Shown: positions 39,601-52,699, numbered from the whole stretch's first letter. The stretch is DNA of 63,297 nucleotides, filler included, from Octopus bimaculoides (GCF_001194135.2; 8 parts of 7 records of this genome joined end to end with filler, not necessarily neighbours in it); one strand, 5' to 3'. The notes: generated by a model not told the origin, from the letters alone. Program-made: numbers and translations.

Positions 39601-40788
39601 TCAAGAATTCCTAAAAAAAACGTCAGTTTCGGCAATTTCCGTTGCCTCATTAGTTATGACTGACTCGAACTTTGGCTTTTTTTCAGAGTCGCTCCTCTAT
39701 TAGGATATATATTTTCGTCATCCAGATTAATGGATGATTTAGCGATTCGCTAAATGGATACATAAAATCAATATAAAAAGCAGTTTGCAATGTTTCACCA
39801 AAAAAGAAAATTATAATTGTCACTAACATCTACATTGCTAGAAATAAGAGTTAAAATGCTGTAGTCAACGCACATAAATGTAAATATATACATCAACAGG
39901 GACCTTAATATATATATAAAGACATTTTAAGAACTTATTAATAACTTTAAAAATATTATTTAGAGAAGACAATGTCACCAGTCTTTGGAGAAGTTTCCGA
40001 GTATTTGAAAAATTGAACAACGAAAGCGCTTACACAGAAAATACACAGTGTACGAAATTTTCGTCCCCAAAGGTTTGTGACATTCTGTTCACAAAATAAT
40101 TTATTTTAAATAGTTAATACCTTTTAAAAAATATTTCTCGTGACTGTATTAGGTATCCTTTTGCAAAGGCTTTTATATATATATATATATATATATCAAA
40201 ATAAGCAACAAGGATATCCAGAGGTAATGCAGTACGATCGGTTCATGCAACTCCATTTAATTGGAGAATTTAATCATTATATCAATTTAAAATGCAGAGC
40301 AATCCTCAGATGCACAAAGACAGAATTTAATTAAATTAGAACAGATGGACACATTAGTATNNNNNNNNNNNNNNNNNNNNNNNNNNNNNNNNNNNNNNNN
40401 NNNNNNNNNNNNNNNNNNNNNNNNNNNNNNNNNNNNNNNNNNNNNNNNNNNNNNNNNNNNNNNNNNNNNNNNNNNNNNNNNNNNNNNNNNNNNNNNNNNN
40501 NNNNNNNNNNNNNNNNNNNNNNNNNNNNNNNNNNNNNNNNNNNNNNNNNNNNNNNNNNNNNNNNNNNNNNNNNNNNNNNNNNNNNNNNNNNNNNNNNNNN
40601 NNNNNNNNNNNNNNNNNNNNNNNNNNNNNNNNNNNNNNNNNNNNNNNNNNNNNNNNNNNNNNNNNNNNNNNNNNNNNNNNNNNNNNNNNNNNNNNNNNNN
40701 NNNNNNNNNNNNNNNNNNNNNNNNNNNNNNNNNNNNNNNNNNNNNNNNNNNNNNNNNNNNNNNNNNNNNNNNNNNNNNNNNNNNNNNN

Positions 40789-40835
<47 letters not shown>

Positions 40836-41246
40836 GCACACACACACACACACATACATACATACATTTATATATATATATGCGCGCGCGTGTACATGCA
40901 CACATATATACGTCATATACATCAAATACACGTACATACACACACTTTCGAATATACATTATATACGCATGCACATATATGGTGGGGCTGATTACAACAA
41001 ATACAATTTACAATTGTCCACTAAAGGTGCAAGCAGAGCGCCCCCAGACGAATGCAGAGAGTGGGATGTATCAAACAACCACCTCAGAACGGGGCACCTG
41101 AAATATGGGTAACTGCACGCACTCACACACACACACATACGCAGCCGACGACCAGGTGTGCTGAGATTAAAAGGACAGGAGAGCATCTGACGAAAACCGA
41201 GGTGAAAAAGGTGCAGTTATATGCAAATAGACAAAACGAGCATACA

Positions 41247-41279
<33 letters not shown>

Positions 41280-41757
41280 NNNNNNNNNNNNNNNNNNNNN
41301 NNNNNNNNNNNNNNNNNNNNNNNNNNNNNNNNNNNNNNNNNNNNNNNNNNNNNNNNNNNNNNNNNNNNNNNNNNNNNNNNNNNNNNNNNNNNNNNNNNNN
41401 NNNNNNNNNNNNNNNNNNNNNNNNNNNNNNNNNNNNNNNNNNNNNNNNNNNNNNNNNNNNNNNNNNNNNNNNNNNNNNNNNNNNNNNNNNNNNNNNNNNN
41501 NNNNNNNNNNNNNNNNNNNNNNNNNNNNNNNNNNNNNNNNNNNNNNNNNNNNNNNNNNNNNNNNNNNNNNNNNNNNNNNNNNNNNNNNNNNNNNNNNNNN
41601 NNNNNNNNNNNNNNNNNNNNNNNNNNNNNNNNNNNNNNNNNNNNNNNNNNNNNNNNNNNNNNNNNNNNNNNNNNNNNNNNNNNNNNNNNNNNNNNNNNNN
41701 NNNNNNNNTATATATATATATATATATATATCATGCGTGCGCGTGTGTGTAGGTGCA

Positions 41758-41880
41758 GGTATAGCTTCACAACCACATGACTTCGGGGGTTCAGTCCTAC
41801 TTCATGGCACCTTTGTCAAGTGTTCTATAATAACCCGGAGCCGAGCAAGGTGTTGTGAGTGGATTTGATAAACGTCAATG
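41758..41880 (+). mobile_element. SINE family B, 5' half, degenerate
   Basis: CAACCACATGACTTCGGGGTTCAGTCC..TGTGAGTGGATTTG. Confidence 0.75.
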
Positions 41881-41894
41881 TTTAGCCACATTTT

Positions 41895-42165
41895 CCTGAA
41901 GATGACTCTTACGTAACCATCGCTTATGTACGTTCGGACTGCGGAAAAATATATCCCTCGGATTATTACTTGTTCCGATCCATGGCTCACTTCCTTTTCT
42001 CAGGACGCCTCATCAACCAAGAGGAGAGGTAGAAGGTTCAGTGAAGGTGTTCACTGCCCCGAAGGACAAGAACTGGCATCAGCTTGGGATCAAAGAACTG
42101 GCAGAAAAGTGGCTTCAGACAGTGCAACATGATGGCCTCTGCTTTTGATGTAACTTGATGAAGAA
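41895..42165 (+). mobile_element. Mariner transposase C-terminal relic
   Basis: PSDYYLFRSMAHFL..QEEVEGSVKVF..KDKNWHQLGIKELAEKWLQTVQHDGLCF. Confidence 0.8.
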
Positions 42166-42452
42166 AGCAAATAAGTTACCAAAATATTGCAAAACTTTTG
42201 ACTCAACACAATAATATACTATAGTATAATACATTATATTATCATATTATGTAATAATATAATATATGAAATTATATTATATAATTTTGTATCATGTAAT
42301 AATATAATCTGATATATATTACCTTATATATTAAATTTGAACTTTCATTTTTATAAATGTAATATACTTTGTTATTCTAGCGACAGTATCGACTCTCACT
42401 TCTTTACCTTTTGTCTATACACTCATGTGTTTGTAATGCAAGCATTTATGCT

Positions 42453-42517
<65 letters not shown>

Positions 42518-42789
42518 CCTGTATGTATGTATAAGCTGCTCAACCGGCGGCTCGATGTAGCAGAGAATCCTCCTTCAATACGTTTCATATTATCGTATTT
42601 TTAAACAGTTACCACCTATTTACGTAAGAACAAATAGCTTATTGCTTAATGTACCGAAATTACACCTCTCTGAGTTAGTGGCCGTATCTGAGTGATTAAT
42701 ACTCCCAAGGCATCCTCTGTCGAGTCAATGGCCGCAGCATAGAGATCAATGAACTCAGTTTAACCGTTTTTGAACTTGTGGATGTATAT

Positions 42790-42990
42790 TAAGGTACTAT
42801 AGCGTTTAACGCACCAAGGTACTATGATTGGGTTAGTGGATATACCAGAGTAGTTAAATCTCCAAGGTACTACGTGTTTGAATCAGTGGACGTACCACAG
42901 TGATTAAATCGCAAAGGTACTATGTTTGGTTCTATAGGTGTACCACGGTTCTATAAGCGTACCACCGATGTACCGTACTTTTTGATTCAT
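42790..42990. repeat. Degenerate ~50-bp tandem repeat (3-4 units)
   Basis: Recurring AAGGTACTA..AGTGGA..TACCA.AG..TTAAATC. Confidence 0.7.
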
Positions 42991-43199
42991 TGTATGTACC
43001 ATAGTGACTGTGCCTTTCAGCCTTTCGGGGTCGATTAAATGCGTACCAGTTGAGCACGTACGTCGATAAAGTCGACTTATCCCCTACCACGAAATTGGCC
43101 GTGCAAGGTGGATTAGAGTTCATAAGCATCATCTTTTGTCTTTTACGATGGTATTTTAAGTCCCTCATCTCGGGATCGTGAGAAGAATTCAAACTGTGG

Positions 43200-43500
43200 A
43201 GCATCACATTTAAACATCACTTACCTAGCCAGTTTTCATCATCCCTTTTCAGTCAAATCCAATAGCTGGCCTTCTCAATTATTGACACGATGTCTTTCAA
43301 ATTGGCGTTAGCTTAACAATGAAAAGCTCGATTGATAACAGCCATTCTTTAAGTCTGATCCTTACAAAACCTCTACATCCAGTACTTTATTCGTTATAGT
43401 TTACTGCTCTTAGCTTCTACAAACAACTTCTTGGTAAGAGGATGATATCGTCAACCAGCAAAATGTGTTGCAAATGGTGCAGACGGATAGAATTGAAGGC
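43200..43500 (-). mobile_element. HERO/NeSL-like RLE LINE C-terminal relic
   Basis: GCRGFVRIRLKEWL and IVSIIEKASYWI..KR, typical RLE C-terminal motifs (EVGCRGF; AEKAS.W.W.KR). Confidence 0.6.
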
Positions 43501-43577
43501 ATTGAGCATCATGTAATGTTAGCGTGTGTGAGTGTGTGTGCGTGTGTATATATATATATATATATATNNNNNNNNNN

Positions 43578-43698
43578 CCACAAAGTCTGGGTACATGGAG
43601 TAAATAAAATCATATAATATAAATAATTAAATATAAGAAATAATAATTTCTTAAAGTATGTGTTAATCTCCGTGTACCCAGACTTTGTGGACACCCTG
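43578..43698. mobile_element. Tc1/mariner-type MITE in (TA)n
   Basis: TIRs CCACAAAGTCTGGGTACA(T)GGAG / CTCC(G)TGTACCCAGACTTTGTGGACACCCTG|TA; left tip lost in a 10-N gap. Confidence 0.85.
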
Positions 43699-43730
43699 TA
43701 TATATATATATATACATACGTGTGTGTGTG

Positions 43731-43862
43731 GTAAGAAGCCTACTTCCGAACCACATGGTTCCGAGTTCAGTCCCACTTCGTGGCACCCTGAGCGAGTGTC
43801 TTTTACTATAGTCTCGAGACGACCAAAGCCTGTGAGTGGATTTGGAAGACGGAAATGATTCG
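43731..43862 (+). mobile_element. SINE family B, 5' half
   Basis: GTGTGGTAAGAAGCCTACTTCCGAACCACATGGTTCCG..GACGGAAA. Confidence 0.85.
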
Positions 43863-44086
43863 AGGACCGAGACATCCGTAACTGAAAAATCACATGCACG
43901 AAACATTAGGACTTTGATTCACTTTTGCACGTTTTCAGTCGATAAATTTACATATATACATACACACGGACATACATGCATATACATAGATACACACATA
44001 AACTCACACATTTATTATACCTCCTCCCCCACATTCCTGTAAAGAGTTCTATATCTGCTGCTTGCTCCACCTGTTTGCTTGTCTGC

Positions 44087-44119
<33 letters not shown>

Positions 44120-44727
44120 GATCGATCGATCGATCGATCTCTCCATCTCTTTCTATCTATCCATCTCTTTCTATCTATCCATCTAACCATCCATCCATCT
44201 ATCCATACATACGTACGAACTTTTCCACTTTTGTAAACCTCCTTTATCATCCTTTTTTACCTTACTTTCCTTCACCTAACGTCTCTTCGTACTCTGGATG
44301 TTCCTAATCTGTCTTCTCTAATCTGCACCTATTACTTTGTATTCTTCTCCCTCCCTTTCTTTTCTCCTCTCGTTTCTTCTCTCCCTGTCACCCCATTTTT
44401 CTCCCTATTGTCCCATCTTCCTTTTTGCTTTGTTTTTTTCTCCCACCTCGCATATATTTTCTTCTCACNNNNNNNNNNNNNNNNNNNNNNNNNNNNNNNN
44501 NNNNNNNNNNNNTTAATTAATTAANNNNNNNNNNNNNNNNNNNNNNNNNNNNNNNNNNNNNNNNNNNNATACACACATATATATATATATATATATGTGT
44601 GTGTGTATATAGATAGATATATACAGATACGGTATTTATATATTATACATAAATATATGCGCAATATACTTATACATACATACATACATACTTATGCATA
44701 AATATATGTGTATACACTTATACATAG

Positions 44728-44769
<42 letters not shown>

Positions 44770-44773
44770 GTGC

Positions 44774-44806
<33 letters not shown>

Positions 44807-45127
44807 TTTACATATATAAGGTGAAATTAGGTTTGTTATGATTTGTTATCGTTTATTAAAGTTGATTAAACATCGGAATGCTATGTCGGTAGGTTGATGA
44901 TTTTGTCTTAAAGAAATTATTGATTTTTCGCCGACGTTTAAAGGATGTCAGGGTTTCTTGTTCATTTTGATGGAAATAAACCAATGGAGGAAGAAAAATT
45001 AGCTATCACATATTGAATCGTTCGTCAACAACATTTGAGGGGCCTCCATTAGTTATTGAGAGATTCATTTATTTACATCTATGTGTGTAAGCTTAAGCAA
45101 AAATAATTTTATATCATGGTTTGTTAC

Positions 45128-45343
45128 CTCTGCATACAACTCTGTTTTTTTCTTCACGATAACATTGTCCTCCATGGTAGCGACAACCACTGCCGTAGGG
45201 CCGGGCTGGGTCGAGCCGATGTAATACACTTTGGTACCCCTATCATCAATGCTGGTGGCTGTTGCTGTTATAGCGCAAAAAGCCAGAATGGATACTGCAA
45301 GGAATCTCGTCCAACTTCCATCAAAGTTCCGGTGATCTACCAT
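45128..45343 (-). CDS. Candidate coding exon of an unidentified secreted/membrane protein
   Basis: GC-richer than flanks; MVDHRNFDGSWTRFLAVSILAFCAITATATSIDDRGTKVYYIGSTQPG..ELYAE has a signal-peptide-like segment; ends at GAG|GTAACA donor; the other two minus frames have stops; no family recognised. Confidence 0.4.
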
Positions 45344-45374
45344 GCTTGGTTTCTTCTTTTATTCTTTAACTTGT

Positions 45375-45997
45375 TTCAGTAATTTCACTGTGGTCATGCT
45401 GGAGCACCGTCGAAGAAATGGATCCCAGGACTTATTCTTTGTAAGCCTAGTATTTATTCTATCGGTGTGGTGTCTGTTGCCGAACCACTAACTTACAGGG
45501 ACGCAAATACACCAGCATCGGTTGTCAAGCGATGGTGGGGCGACAAACACAGACACACACACACATAAGTACATGCATATATATACGTATATATATATAT
45601 ATATNNNNNNNNNNNNNNNNNNNNNNNNNNNNNNNNNNNNNNNNNNNNNNNNNNNNNNNNNNNNNNNNNNNNNNNNNNNNNNNNNNNNNNNNNNNNNNNN
45701 NNNNNNNNNNNNNNNNNNNNNNNNNNNNNNNNNNNNNNNNNNNNNNNNNNNNNNNNNNNNNNNNNNNNNNNNNNNNNNNNNNNNNNNNNNNNNNNNNNNN
45801 NNNNNNNNNNNNNNNNNNNNNNNNNNNNNNNNNNNNNNNNNNNNNNNNNNNNNNNNNNNNNNNNNNNNNNNNNNNNNNNNNNNNNNNNNNNNNNNNNNNN
45901 NNNNNNNNNNNNNNNNNNNNNNNNNTTGCCCAAAGTGCTACGCAGTGGGATTGAACCCAGAACTACGTGGTTGGGAAGCAACTTCTTACCACACACG
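45375..45997 (-). mobile_element. SINE family B, both halves around an internal microsatellite/gap
   Basis: 3' half 45375-45560, 5' half 45927-45997. Confidence 0.88.
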
Positions 45998-46888
45998 CAC
46001 GCCTGGTACTTTATGAAAATCAACCTGGAAGGTCGAAAAGCTAAGTTGACCGCAATGAGATTTGAACGCAGTACGCTGTGAACACATTGTATTCCATGTT
46101 TTAATGACTGTGCCATCTTGACATTTAACTCAACACCAAAGGAAAAACAGTCAGTTCCGGCGGAAAATATACTTAGACTTTTGCGACCAGGTTCACTGCA
46201 GTTCTATATATTCTCACTTCTCTGGAATAAGAACCAAACTCATTAGATTCTTTACAACTCACAGACAGTATTATCCAGTATAATCATTCAAATGTCTTTT
46301 GAATGAGATTAGAAAAACAAAAACAAAAAGAAAACCAAAGAAATCCAAGGACTAGGTTGTAGTGAGACGCAGCAGACGATCGTACCAATATCGAAGAATT
46401 ACAGCAAAGGTGAGAGGTAGAAATGTATAGGGACACTTCAATACAATGATATTGAAAGAGCCTTTAGCAGTATGTCTTAGTTCCATACAACAGCCGTGAC
46501 AGAAAATGACGACATACTGACGACAGAGAATTAGCGGCAGGAAGCCACAAAAGAAAACGAAGAGAAAAATTTCCAATTTCTCCCGAAATCTTTTCTTACC
46601 GGATGTGTCAACAGTTTTTATTAGTTGATCGCCGTGATAATATATTGAAGAAGATGCAATGGAAAACTGAAGAAAGACTGGCTTCAACTGATGAGACTTT
46701 GAAGAGTTTGCGTATTATGGAGTGGGGAATATAATGTCCACCGCGTAAAGTTATTATTGGATTAACTCCTACGAAGCAATAAATGTGTCACTGAACAACG
46801 AAGTCAGTACACATAGCCGCCATCTTCCTTTCATATAAGAGCTTATACCATCATACTAAGTAAACTATTAATATGATAATGGACCTTA

Positions 46889-47050
46889 AGGCGGCGAGCT
46901 AGCAAAATCTTTAGTATGGCAGGCAAAATGCTTCGCTGCATTGTGTCTGTCCTCACGTTCTGAGTTCAAATTCCCTTGAGGTCGACGTCGTCTTTTCGAA
47001 GTCGATAAAATATAATCGATAAGCACCTATGCCTGAACTTGCTCGATTTA
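46889..47050 (+). mobile_element. SINE family A, degenerate
   Basis: AAGGCGGCGAGCTAGCAAAATC..GAGTTCAAATTCC..GAGGTCGAC. Confidence 0.8.
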
Positions 47051-47297
47051 TACCAGAATTTGAAAGTAATAGGATATAACAGAAATTGCGGAATTGTCGT
47101 CTGATATAAACTAGATCAAAAAATGTGTAGCGAATCATTTCGCTCAAATTAACGTAGAAATTTAAGGGGGTCCTATTAGTCTCCAGTCGAACACGATGAT
47201 TAATTGCAGTTCAAGAATGAAGATTTGCATGTAGTACGCAAAAATTTAATGAATTTTGGGGAATTTTTCATGAAGTTACATTTTCTTCTATGGCGCA

Positions 47298-47457
47298 GGA
47301 GTGGTTGTGCGATTAAGAAACTTGCTTCCAAAGTATGTGACATTGAGTTCTGTCCCACTGCACCGTACTTTGGGAATGTGTCCTTAACTATTGCCTCGAG
47401 CCGTCCACAACGTTGTGAGTGGATTTGGTAGACGGAAACTGAAAGAAATCCGTCGTG
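47298..47457 (+). mobile_element. SINE family B, 5' half
   Basis: GGTTGTGCGATTAAGAAACTTGCTTCC..GTGAGTGGATTTGGTAGACGGAAACTGAAAG. Confidence 0.85.
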
Positions 47458-47592
47458 TCTGATGAAGCTGTAAGGTGTTACTCAGGCATCTTATAGCGAA
47501 AACACCTGTAAGCTAATGAATTTCATAAGATAATCATTTATTCATTTGTCATCTCGTTTCTCTCTCTCTTTCTCTCTCTCCCTCCCCCTCCC

Positions 47593-47625
<33 letters not shown>

Positions 47626-48084
47626 TAATGAGACGGTAGACGGAAAATATGTAAATCTTTATTGATCTCTACAATTGTTTCCACCCACCAATCCCACGCA
47701 GGTGGGATACTGTACGACTGGTTTAGGTGTATCTGTCGGTGTTGGTGTGTCTCCTCAGGTGATTTCAAGACGTATCTCGTTAAAAGAAACTGTTTCACAA
47801 GATTCCTTCTTGGCCTTCGTATATGGAAATGGAGCTTCTATATGAATGAACTTGAATCTCTTAATTTGCCATTTCTATATACGAAGACCAAGAAGAAATC
47901 TTGCGAAACAGAGTTTACTTTAACGAGATACCTCTTGAAATCACCTGAGAAGACACATCTACATCGGCGGATACACCTAAACTAGTTCTATAGTGTTCCA
48001 CCTGCAAGAGATCGGTTCTAGAAGGGTCGAAACAATTATAGTGACCAATAAAGATTCTCATATCTTCCATCTTCCGTCTCATTA
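47626..48084. repeat. ~460-bp foldback element (~210-bp inverted arms, ~35-bp spacer)
   Basis: TAATGAGACGG...GGAAATGG / CCATTTC...CCGTCTCATTA; arms roughly 80% identical by eye; TA on both flanks. Confidence 0.92.
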
Positions 48085-48165
48085 ATCAAATACCCAACGA
48101 ACATTGAGACAGTGAACATGCTTTACCGGCGAACTAACAGGTGTTTGCCATAAGATTTATTAACT

Positions 48166-48860
<695 letters not shown>

Positions 48861-48962
48861 AATAATAATAATAATAATAATAATTTATATACATATATAT
48901 ATGAACATATACATCTCTCTCTCAATATATATATATATATACAAACACACACACACACATAT

Positions 48963-49008
<46 letters not shown>

Positions 49009-49189
49009 ACACACACATATATATGTATAAACGCGGAGGAGATGAAACAGGGGACAACTGATGAAGGGGATCTTCTTTATGTTGACTGTCTCGTTTCTCT
49101 ATTTGTTTCTTTCGCTCTTCGAAAACAAGTTCGTTTTCTGTGTTTTTTATGATCTCGTTTCTCTTTCTGTTCACGTTATTTTTTTTTGA

Positions 49190-49555
49190 GGTCCTGTAGA
49201 TTCCGATCTACCTGAAGGTCTTACCGCTGTGTGTTATATCAAGGACGACCAGCCCACCTTCAGGGTCCACATAGACTGTACTTGTCTGCAGAGACAAGCC
49301 TTTTCGGACGAGTACAACTACGCCCCCTCGACCTCTGATCTGGCTAGGAGACATGATTTTCTCATAGCCATTCAGGAGAGGTGAGAAGGTTTGTAGACTG
49401 TCCAGCTTAGTCTCTGAAGCAACTATCACATGTATAGCATGTGATCTGAGGTCGTCGAGGAAACAGGCCTGCTTCGACTTCGAGCTCAGACAACGCACAT
49501 TCCAGCATCCCAAGTTAAGCAAAGTCATAAAACAAGGGGGAAAAGCAAGGGTTCT
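49190..49555 (-). mobile_element. Tx1/L1-clade ORF2 AP-endonuclease N-terminal fragment
   Basis: MTLLNLGCWNVRCL..HVIVASETKL..GRGGVVVLVRKG..DPEGGLVVLDI..FR*IGIY. Confidence 0.88.
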
Positions 49556-49786
49556 CATTTCTTTATTGCCCACAAGGGGCTAAACATAGAGGGAACAAAC
49601 AAGGACAGACGAACGGATTGAGTCGATTACATCGAACCCAGTGCGTAACTGGTACTTAATTTATCGACCCCGAAAGAATGAAAGGCAAAGTCGACCTCGG
49701 CGGAATTTGAACTCAGAATGTAACGGCAGACGAAATACCGTTAAGCATTTCACCCGGCGTGCTAACGATTCTGCCAGTTCGGCGTC
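49556..49786 (-). mobile_element. SINE family A with long 3' tail variant
   Basis: Core motif plus tail TTTAGCCCCTTGTGGGCAATAAAGAAAT shared with 52380-52440. Confidence 0.9.
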
Positions 49787-50380
49787 TTGACTGGTGATGC
49801 TGTGGCTGACCTCACCACACGTGGGGCAGACCCTTCCTTCTCCTTTTTTAAGTACCCTGGTAGGGTCGCCAGCCTTCTAGTAAGTTTAGGACGCCTCTCC
49901 TTCAGTTGCTTGTATAGGGAGGTGATGGCTGCATTATTGTTTAACAGGCAGGAGAAAATTAAGTTCCTACAAAATACATGCTCTGCACCCCAGAACTGGC
50001 TGGGACAGAGCATTTCAGCTATCATTCAGGGGGCACCGGAAGATATTGAAATGCTTCCGGATCGGGTACTCGTGAGGGAGAATGTGGCCCTTCGGATACA
50101 GGTGGAAGGGAAGAAACCCACCTGTTATGAATGTGGGAAGAAAGGCCACTTTGCTTTGAATTGTGAAGTAAGGAAGCAAAAAGAAGAAGAAAAAAGAAAA
50201 AAAGGACAGTATTGTACAGACACCAGGCCCTACATCTGTGAAAAAGAACCCCAAGCCCACAAACACACCAGCCCCCACAGGTTCTCCACACAGAAAGCAG
50301 GTAATCCACAGAACGAAAGATGCACGTCTGACTAGCTGAAGACACAAACAGGAACTATCCTAAATGGAAGTCAGCAACTT
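49787..50380 (+). mobile_element. Tx1/L1-like ORF1 fragment with CCHC zinc knuckle
   Basis: LRIQVEGKKPTCYECGKKGHFALNC followed by a basic tract. Confidence 0.75.
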
Positions 50381-51055
50381 GGGTAAGCAAGCTACTTACC
50401 ACACAACCACTTGAAGGGTTTAACTTTATCTTTTAAACATTTTGCCCGGTGTGCTAACGATTCCTGCCTCATCGCTGCCTTCATTTACAGATTAGATATT
50501 AACAATGAAACTGGGTTTCCTTGTTTATCCATGCAAAGAATTTCACTTGAAGAGTCTAACTGTCGTTTTCTCGTTATACATTAGAAAATTGGTTTATATT
50601 ACAGTCTTGGAAGTTTTCTTGCAAACACGAAGAATATCACGGGAATCGACGCCCCGGCAGAAAAGAATTGTTATGTAAATAGATGTTAATTTGGGTTTCG
50701 ATCATTAGAATGGCCCCTAAACACTTATTTATTATTCTCGTTATTGACGTCACCAACATTAAGTTAATTGGTTGAATAATTGGGAAATTCATCATCGATA
50801 TTATCCTAGATATTTCATCGTGAACTTGGAAAAAATTGAGGTCACGCAACATACATACACGCAAACACACACACACACATACGCACAGACACACACACAC
50901 ATACTCACACACTCACACGCACATATTCACGCATGCGCACACACATGCACACACACACACACATGTGCACACACAAGCACACACACATGCACACACACAC
51001 ACACACACGTGCATGCACACTAACAAATGCACCCATATTTCTGTGTATGTGCGTG

Positions 51056-51094
<39 letters not shown>

Positions 51095-51385
51095 CATGTG
51101 TCTGTAGATATGTACATGACTACTTTATGAGTGTGTGGAGCGCATGCATGCATATGTGTGTGGTGTGTTTATTAGTGTGTGAGTGGACGTGTGGTGTGTA
51201 TGTATGTGTATGTAGAAAGAGAGAGAGAGAGAGCGAGAGAGAGAGAGACAGACAGAGAGAGGCAGAGAAACAGAGAGACAGAGTTGAGAGTGAATGAGTG
51301 AGAGAGCGATGAATGGATTATCGGTCAACAGAGTAGCCAGTGTCCAGTGGTTGGTGTGTAATACACACCTACATCATCAAGTATG

Positions 51386-51800
51386 GTTGTGTGGTAAGAA
51401 GCTTGCTTACCAACCACATGATTCCGGGTTCTATCCCATTGCGTCACACCTTGGGCAAGTGTCTTTTACTATAGCCTTGGGCTGACCAAAGACTTGTGAG
51501 TAGATTTGGTAGACGGAAACTGAAAGAAGCCTGTCGTATATATGTATGTGTGTGTATATGTGTGTGTGTGTATGTGTGTATGTATATATTTGTGTGTCTG
51601 TATTTGATTCCGGCGATCGCTTGACAACCGATGCTGGTGTGTTTAATTCCCCGTAACTTAGCAGTTCGGCCAAAAAGACCGATAAAATAAGTACTACGTT
51701 ACAAAGTATAAGTCCTGGAGTCGTTACTTTGACTAAAAACCTTTCAAGGCGGTGCTCCAGCCTGGCCGCACTCAAATGACTGAAACATATAAAAGAATAA
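51386..51800 (+). mobile_element. SINE family B, full-length bipartite copy
   Basis: tRNA-like head, internal (TA/TG)n, 3' half ending GGCGGTGCTCCAGCCTGGCCGCACTCAAATGACTGAAAC plus AAAAGAAT tail. Confidence 0.92.
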
Positions 51801-51844
51801 AAGAATTAAAGAATACAAAAAAAAAAGAAAGAAGAGAAAGAAAC

Positions 51845-52095
51845 TGGCATTCCGTCGGTTGCGATGAGGAGGGCTCCTGTTGATCCGTTCAATGGAAGAG
51901 ACATCTCGTGAAATTAACGTGCAAGTGGCTGAGCACTCTGCAGACACGGGTACTCTACATGTAGTTCTCAGAGAGATTCAGCGCGAAACAGAATGGGACA
52001 AGTCTGGTCCCTTTGAATTACAGCAGAGATTCGCAAACTTCTTGGGCCACCGCCCCCCTCAGAGCCACATAATACCCTCATCGCCACCACCCCTA
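51845..52095 (-). mobile_element. Retroposon family C
   Basis: Reverse-complement homology to 24752-25064. Confidence 0.75.
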
Positions 52096-52223
52096 TTTTT
52101 ATGTATAAATAAATATTTTATATTTTACTAATTTATATATACTATGAATCATTTGCTATTTAATATAATAGTATATAATTTGTATACAATACTATAATAA
52201 TAATAATAATATAATGAATCCAT

Positions 52224-52630
52224 AAAGGCGGCGAGCTGGCAGATTCTTAGCACGCCGGTCGAAATGCTTAGCGGTATTTTGTCTGCCGCTACGTTCTGAG
52301 TTCAACTTCGCCTTTCATCCTTTCGGGGTCGATAAATTAAGTACCAGTTATGCACTGAGGTCGGATTCATTGGCTTAATCCCTTTGTCTGTCCTTGTTCG
52401 TCCCCTCTATGTTTAGCCCCTTGTGGGCAATAAAGAAATAAGAAACGTTAGCACGCCGGGCGAAATGCTTAGCGGTATTTCGTCTGTCTTTACGTTCTGA
52501 GGCCGAGGTCGACTTTGCCTTTCAGCCTTTCGGGGTCAATAAATTAAGTATCAGTTGCATACTGGGTCGATCTAATCGACTGGACCCCTCCCCCGAAATT
52601 TCGGGCCTTGTGCCTTGAGTAGAAAAGATT
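52224..52630 (+). mobile_element. Tandem dimer of SINE family A (two tail variants)
   Basis: Core motif at ~52310 and ~52500. Confidence 0.9.
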
Positions 52631-52699
52631 ATAATGAATTTATAGCATCCCCTAATCCATTGCCTTCCTCCCAACTCCTTCTTTTTTTCTACCGACCCC

